Assembly (NCBI GenBank): GCA_051362555.1 | Contig: CM120640.1 | Location: forward strand, 35,855,967 to 35,919,966 | Source of the DNA: Lingula anatina | Lineage: Eukaryota > Animalia > Brachiopoda | Length of the DNA stretch: 64,000 bases | Reading direction: 5' to 3' | Part shown: piece by piece, positions 61,626-64,000 of the stretch | Layout of the letters: each line of letters starts with the position of its first letter | Position numbering within the stretch: the first letter of the stretch is position 1 | Position numbers and translations under genes: made by a program | The notes under the pieces: model-generated | Database searches by the model: none | Told to the model about the DNA's origin: nothing | The model's input: only the letters and a program-made list of their open reading frames with translations

Positions 61626-64000
61626 TACAGACTTCCCCCCAGTCATGCCCTCCCACCTCCTTTGACTTATCAAGAACCATCTACTTGCATCAGCAAACCC
61701 ACTGACATTCACAAGGCACCAAGGACACCTCCATTCTGGGAGTGCCATGGCAATATTTTCGAAACCACTGACAATCTATAATGGCACAATTACGAGGTGT
61801 TGTTTTCTAGAAACCAAGGACAACCTTCTGCAACATCAATAACCAGATTGCTGTTCAAATATTGCTTCCTTTGTTAACAGCTATCCAGTTACTTTGAATG
61901 TATGTGACAGAAGGTGTAACAAAGAGGCCTGGCTGCGTTTATAACAATTGCCAACATACCTTATCTTTTTTGATAATTGCAGAGGAATAAGGTACTAAAA
62001 ATAATTCATGCTTCCAACATTGGGTTTATTGTTGTTTTCCTTTGTTAAACAGTTGGTTTAAATGATTTCTTATCCTGAAAAATATACCAATCAATAATGC
62101 ATTCTTTAAAAAAAAAAAAGATGAATTTTCCCAAATCAATTGAGCAGTTGCCAATCTGTCTAAATACAGTGAGAGATGCTGTCAAACTGCCTTGCTGTTG
62201 CCATTTAAAGAATAAAGCATGTGAGCTATCTCCATATTGATCAAGCCTACAGGGGGAGTCAGGTCAGATAGGTTGTGTGATTCTGGATATAATGAAATGC
62301 ATGAATAATCTGAAGAAATCATTCTACAAACTAAAATCAATTCTTTTGCAAAGACCAATTTTGGCATGCTCTACCCTGCTTGGTCTGCTATGAAAGGCAT
62401 CCTGTCCATTTCTATATCTAGATATTTAATTTTCATATTCTACTCAGATTGCCTGAAGTGATATTCCAAAATCCATAAAATCACTCCACAATGGCTGTGT
62501 TCTAACCATTAAGTCTAACGGACCAGTCATCAATTATGAAAACAAAACAAATTTAATCTTAAGCTATCCCATCTTCTCAGTTAACAAAACACTATCGTGT
62601 CTATTATTCTAATCCTGTCTCTAACAGTATTTTTCCTCCCGTCTCCAGACCTTATACCTCTCTAACACATTCTCTCCTCCTCTGTCACAAACCTTTTTAC
62701 AAGCTTATCTAATATGGCACCCGCCCCCTTTCCAATCTTTTTTTCTATCTCAAGCTTGCTGACATCTTATATTCCAAGTGGAACTAGTACCTACATTTTC
62801 ACTGGACATAATTTTCATCTTGATAGTAAGCTCTGTCCTGCCTAACACACATCCCGAGTACCTTTACTTTCATTGAGCAGATGATCCAATACATTTTAAC
62901 ACCCTTGAGTTTATAACATTTTTATGATTATGAATATTATTTATCTTGTATCACAACTTCAGTAGCATTGTTCTGTAATAATTACCCCCCCCCCCCCAAA
63001 ACACATAAACACACACACATACACACACACCACAAAGTCAAGGAAAAGAAAGGCCTTAGAATTCATATTCCAGTAATGTCACTACCTGCCTTCAATGGTC
63101 TTGTAATGCATGACAAACATTAAATTGCTGTCTCCTTGTCAAAAGTGAGTTCTATTGTCTACCAACATTAAACCTAAAACCCTAGTACCCACAAAGTACC
63201 TTTTCCTGTAACCAGCCGAGATGTAAGTTTTCAATTAATCATTCCTAAGTTAACAAAGAACTGTGGGCCTAACTGCACATCTGTACTCAGTGTAAATGGA
63301 TGACAGTTGCTTTAAAGCCACATAATGCAGTGTTAACTACAAGCATCACTCTCCCTAGATCAATGTTAGGACCATACATTAAGCAATAATGTTAATACTG
63401 GTAATTGAATTATGACCAAAAGCAATCATCAACTCTGTCACCCGAAAGATCATCATTTCTCCATGCCTGCCCAGGAACATTAGACAGTGAATGAAAAATA
63501 TTGAATTGGAGCCTTACTAGGGAGATTGATCAACTTACCATCAAAATACCAATAAGTGTTGTTCACTGCAACCATCCCCACACTGCTTGCATGCTGGAAC
63601 GAGAGAAAAGCAATCAAGAGTACTGTACACAATCACTGCTACCCTGTCTCTATGCTCCCCACTGTATAAATGTGTGTGTGAATGTGCTGCTTCCCTGTAA
63701 TATGAGGAATAAGCATGCAGATGAGCTGGCAACATATTCCTGGGTATTGATCTACCCAGTAAATCATATCTTCTAATTTAATTTCACACGGATGTCACTT
63801 TTCATTTGACTGAATCAACAATTTTCACACTCTGCTTATTTGCAAACAGGAGTAAGCATCAGACTTGGGAAGACTGGAGCAAGGCTGAAGAATTTAAAGA
63901 CAACATTTGTTTGCTCAGTGCAGCATTCGTGATGAAGTTAATTGCAGAGAGAAAATAAAGATAATTATTTGTGCAGAGAACAATTACCATCTAATAAACC

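Noticed and set aside
52906-64000. Many 60-126 aa ORFs in the BCL9 introns and upstream region
   Set aside because: Apart from the three BCL9 exons listed, they show no domain similarity or consistent splice chains. No tRNA, rRNA or snRNA was recognisable.

Overview
AT-rich, intron-containing animal genomic DNA, probably from an invertebrate. A lophotrochozoan/mollusc-like source is my inference from the repeat types and CpG-depleted gene bodies. No prokaryotic features are present. Five spliced protein-coding genes were reconstructed by hand from GT-AG sites and exon phases: (1) the 3' part of MAP3K4/MEKK4 (+, 58-5423); (2) PAXBP1/GCFC-family (-, 8698-19806, 18 exons); (3) a C19orf44/DUF4614-like gene (+, 20635-26106), head-to-head with PAXBP1; (4) an unusual ~1637-aa gene (+, 31759-45840) with the layout TIR domain - helical region - two tandem tyrosine-kinase-like pseudokinase domains - acidic tail rich in tyrosine docking motifs; (5) BCL9/legless (-, 49246 to at least 56641). 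Mobile DNA includes a nest of Gypsy LTR/integrase and LINE relics in PAXBP1 intron 1, and a non-autonomous Helitron in an intron of gene 4 that carries a 91-bp foldback and six 146-bp tandem units. The best candidate for an undescribed system is gene 4, an apparently enzyme-dead cytosolic TIR/dual-pseudokinase signalling scaffold. Exon boundaries are manual predictions without transcript evidence, and vertebrate reference motifs are quoted from memory.
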